From: Lingula anatina | Taxonomy: Eukaryota; Animalia; Brachiopoda | Reading direction: 5' to 3' | Assembly (NCBI GenBank): GCA_051362555.1 | Contig: CM120647.1 | Span: forward strand, 7,626,001-7,690,000 | Length of the DNA stretch: 64,000 nt | In this document: positions 61,580 through 64,000 of the stretch, one piece after another | Numbering within the stretch: the stretch's first letter is position 1 | How the letters are laid out: each line of letters opens with the position of its first letter | Notes under the pieces: model-generated | Databases searched by the model: none | Seen by the model: the letters and a program-made list of their open reading frames with translations, nothing else | What the model was told of the DNA's origin: nothing | Translations under genes and position numbers: made by a program

Positions 61580-64000
61580 GGGGTTCTACAATTAGGATTA
61601 TAAAGAGATTGTTCGAATGTCACTGCGAATTCTCCTCTTCATCCTGAAATCCTCGTGTATTCTGATAATCGTACAAACATTTTCCAAATCTTTTTCTTTA
61701 GTATTCATCTTTCAAGAAAGGAGAGCATTTTATTAGTGAAACGGGACCCCCTGGACCCCCCCCCCCTCCACTCAAACACAAAACCTGACCGAGTAATTTC
61801 CCGATAAACGCGTAAAATTGATTAATCCTCGAAAGTGTTTTAGGGGCGGATTTAGGCCGTCTTCTGGGTCTTCCGAAGACGGTCAGATTTTTAAGTTTAC
61901 ATTGACGGGTATCAAAGGTTTTCTGTCGGAAGACGGTCAAAAATGGAAGATGGATTAACAAAGATAATTTGGAAGACTGTCAGAAAATATCTCTTTTACC
62001 CTTTAACAGATTTAAACTTGAGGTCTGACATCTTGTTTGTCATTTTATTACACCTTTGACCAGGTAAAAACATGATACAGGCAAGGGGATAAAGCATATC
62101 CACTTGGATCCCTCGATAAGAGCAATACAAGTATTGTGTAGTAGTTGCAAAATAAGTAATAAAGGAAATAACGACGTAGTAGAACATGTTGAAGAAGTTC
62201 AACTGCTCGGTGGTTAAACAATAAAATTATCGTTTTGTATTCATACAGCGGTAGTTAAAGTGTAAGTGGCTGTAACATTATAAAATAAAGCACACGTGGA
62301 AGTGGGTTCTGTACACGGCCGCCCAAAAGTTAAGCAACCCTTTGGTTCTTCATGGATATTTAAAGAGGCTTGCATCGTTTAGAGCAAAATTAATTAGAAC
62401 GGTAACTTATCATGTCCTCACTTTTAAGAGTGAGGGCGTAGGAACACAGCTAACCTCCAAGCAGTTCAACAGTCACTTTCAACTTAACTAAGTAGTCATA
62501 GTAGTACATGTAGTTTTATCAGTGGCGGATTTAAGGGGGTGCCAGGGTCCAGACACCCCTTCGATTTCTGTTTAAAAAATGCACCAAAAATGTCTAGCTA
62601 AAACATAGTTCTAAAACGTACCAAATGGCGCCTTTTGTCCTCCAAACCTGAAGCCAAGGGGGTGAGGGTCGGCCTCGCAATTTGAGGACTAAAAAAGCCG
62701 GACCCCTCAAAAAATTCTGCATCTACCCCTATTTATAATTAATAATACAACTATCTTTATTAAAATATTTATTGTTTCCTGTTGTTCAAAATGATTGTAA
62801 CATCTAATAATTTTATGAATTTCGTTTCAAATGTCAACTTTTTTGTGCAATGCTACAACTGCACAGATGTATCATTGCAGACACTAAAGATTTAGTCACA
62901 AGACATACCAAACGAAACAAAAAAGAAAACAAAACACTTCCTCTCCCCACCCCCACTGCAAATGAACTCTTTTTGGATACAGATGCTATAAAACTAAAAC
63001 TCTTACAATTTGTAATACCTGACTAAAAATAACAAAAATAAAAACAACGACAAACCTGATGGATGATTTAACAAATCCAGGTGTTGCTTCACCTTAAGGC
63101 ATCACTGTAGGCGTATTTGTTCATTTTATATTGCAGATTTATATCTATTTACCGACACATTCTAGGGTTAAAGGACACATAGGGTTGAGGTAAACACCTG
63201 TTACTGCATAAGCAATTCTCGAATGGATTTTTGGCGGTTGTTCCCAAAAGCCAATACAATAAGTTACATATTAAATTTGAAGCTTGACCCAACAGTAGGA
63301 CGCTGCATGACCTTGTAGGGAAGCCAAATTAACAGTAAGCCCTGCTGCAACATTATATCCCATCTCCGCTGTAACAACACACCTGGCAAACGTTTTAAAT
63401 AGTTATGAATATAACCACCACACCTGGAGCGTAATTACTGACAGCGCCGAGAATTAATTACAGCTTTGGAAGTAACTGGCGCGCGATGCCCGTAATTACG
63501 CCGTGGGGTATTCAGGGCACAGACCGTGATCACAAGATATCGCAAATAGATTTTTAGATTTTTAGAAAATAGATTTTTCATGTGAACACAGCCATAATTT
63601 GTTCTGGTATGTCGCATACAGTGGACGATGAGTAGTTGTAACTAACTTTTACCACGGCTGGCACTTCGAACAATATATAGGATGAACGCACCGACGCGCA
63701 TGGAAATAGAGGCAAGCTTTGTATGCGAAATACAAGTGCAATTATCCTATTGTTCGAAGTGATTAAAAGTGATTAGATTAGGGTGGTCATCAGCGATCCG
63801 GATCATCATCTGGGTCTAGGAATTGTTAATGGATTCCTCGCCATTGCGACGATTCTTCACCATAGCAATGTATGACCTTGAGCCATTGTGCAATGAATGT
63901 GCTCCGAGACCCAACTACCGAAGAGTTATTATCCCTTTAACCATTAACTTCAAAACAAAGTGGCAATTTCCTGGTGAAATCTACGGAAGAAACGACGAGC

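Overview
AT-rich, intron-containing animal genomic DNA. GT-AG spliced genes, microsatellites and non-autonomous DNA transposons point to an invertebrate, plausibly a mollusc or other lophotrochozoan (inferred, not verified). Hand-built gene models give: two small secreted TIL-domain (trypsin-inhibitor-like, 10-Cys) protease inhibitor genes that the ORF track largely misses (970-1712 +, 15916-16482 -); two 5-exon SLC16/MCT-family transporter genes (8663-12871 +, 21402-25360 +) alternating with them; and a head-to-tail minus-strand array of three complete 10-exon SLC22 organic-cation-transporter-like genes (26240-33642, 43763-51805, 53293-58849). A tandem partial duplicate (exons 1, 2, 4) lies in front of the leftmost SLC22 gene. 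Mobile DNA includes three decayed Tc1 (DD34E) copies, a 2.5-kb nested foldback CCC...GGG element with a visible empty site, other CMC/EnSpm-like elements, a Harbinger-like MITE family (one tandem dimer), and Kolobok-like, hAT-like and Helentron-associated elements. No rRNA, tRNA or CRISPR was seen. The most notable signals are a possible alternative N-terminal cassette for the SLC22 gene, mosaic exon relationships among SLC22 paralogs, and a P1 Phe/Arg switch between the two TIL inhibitors.
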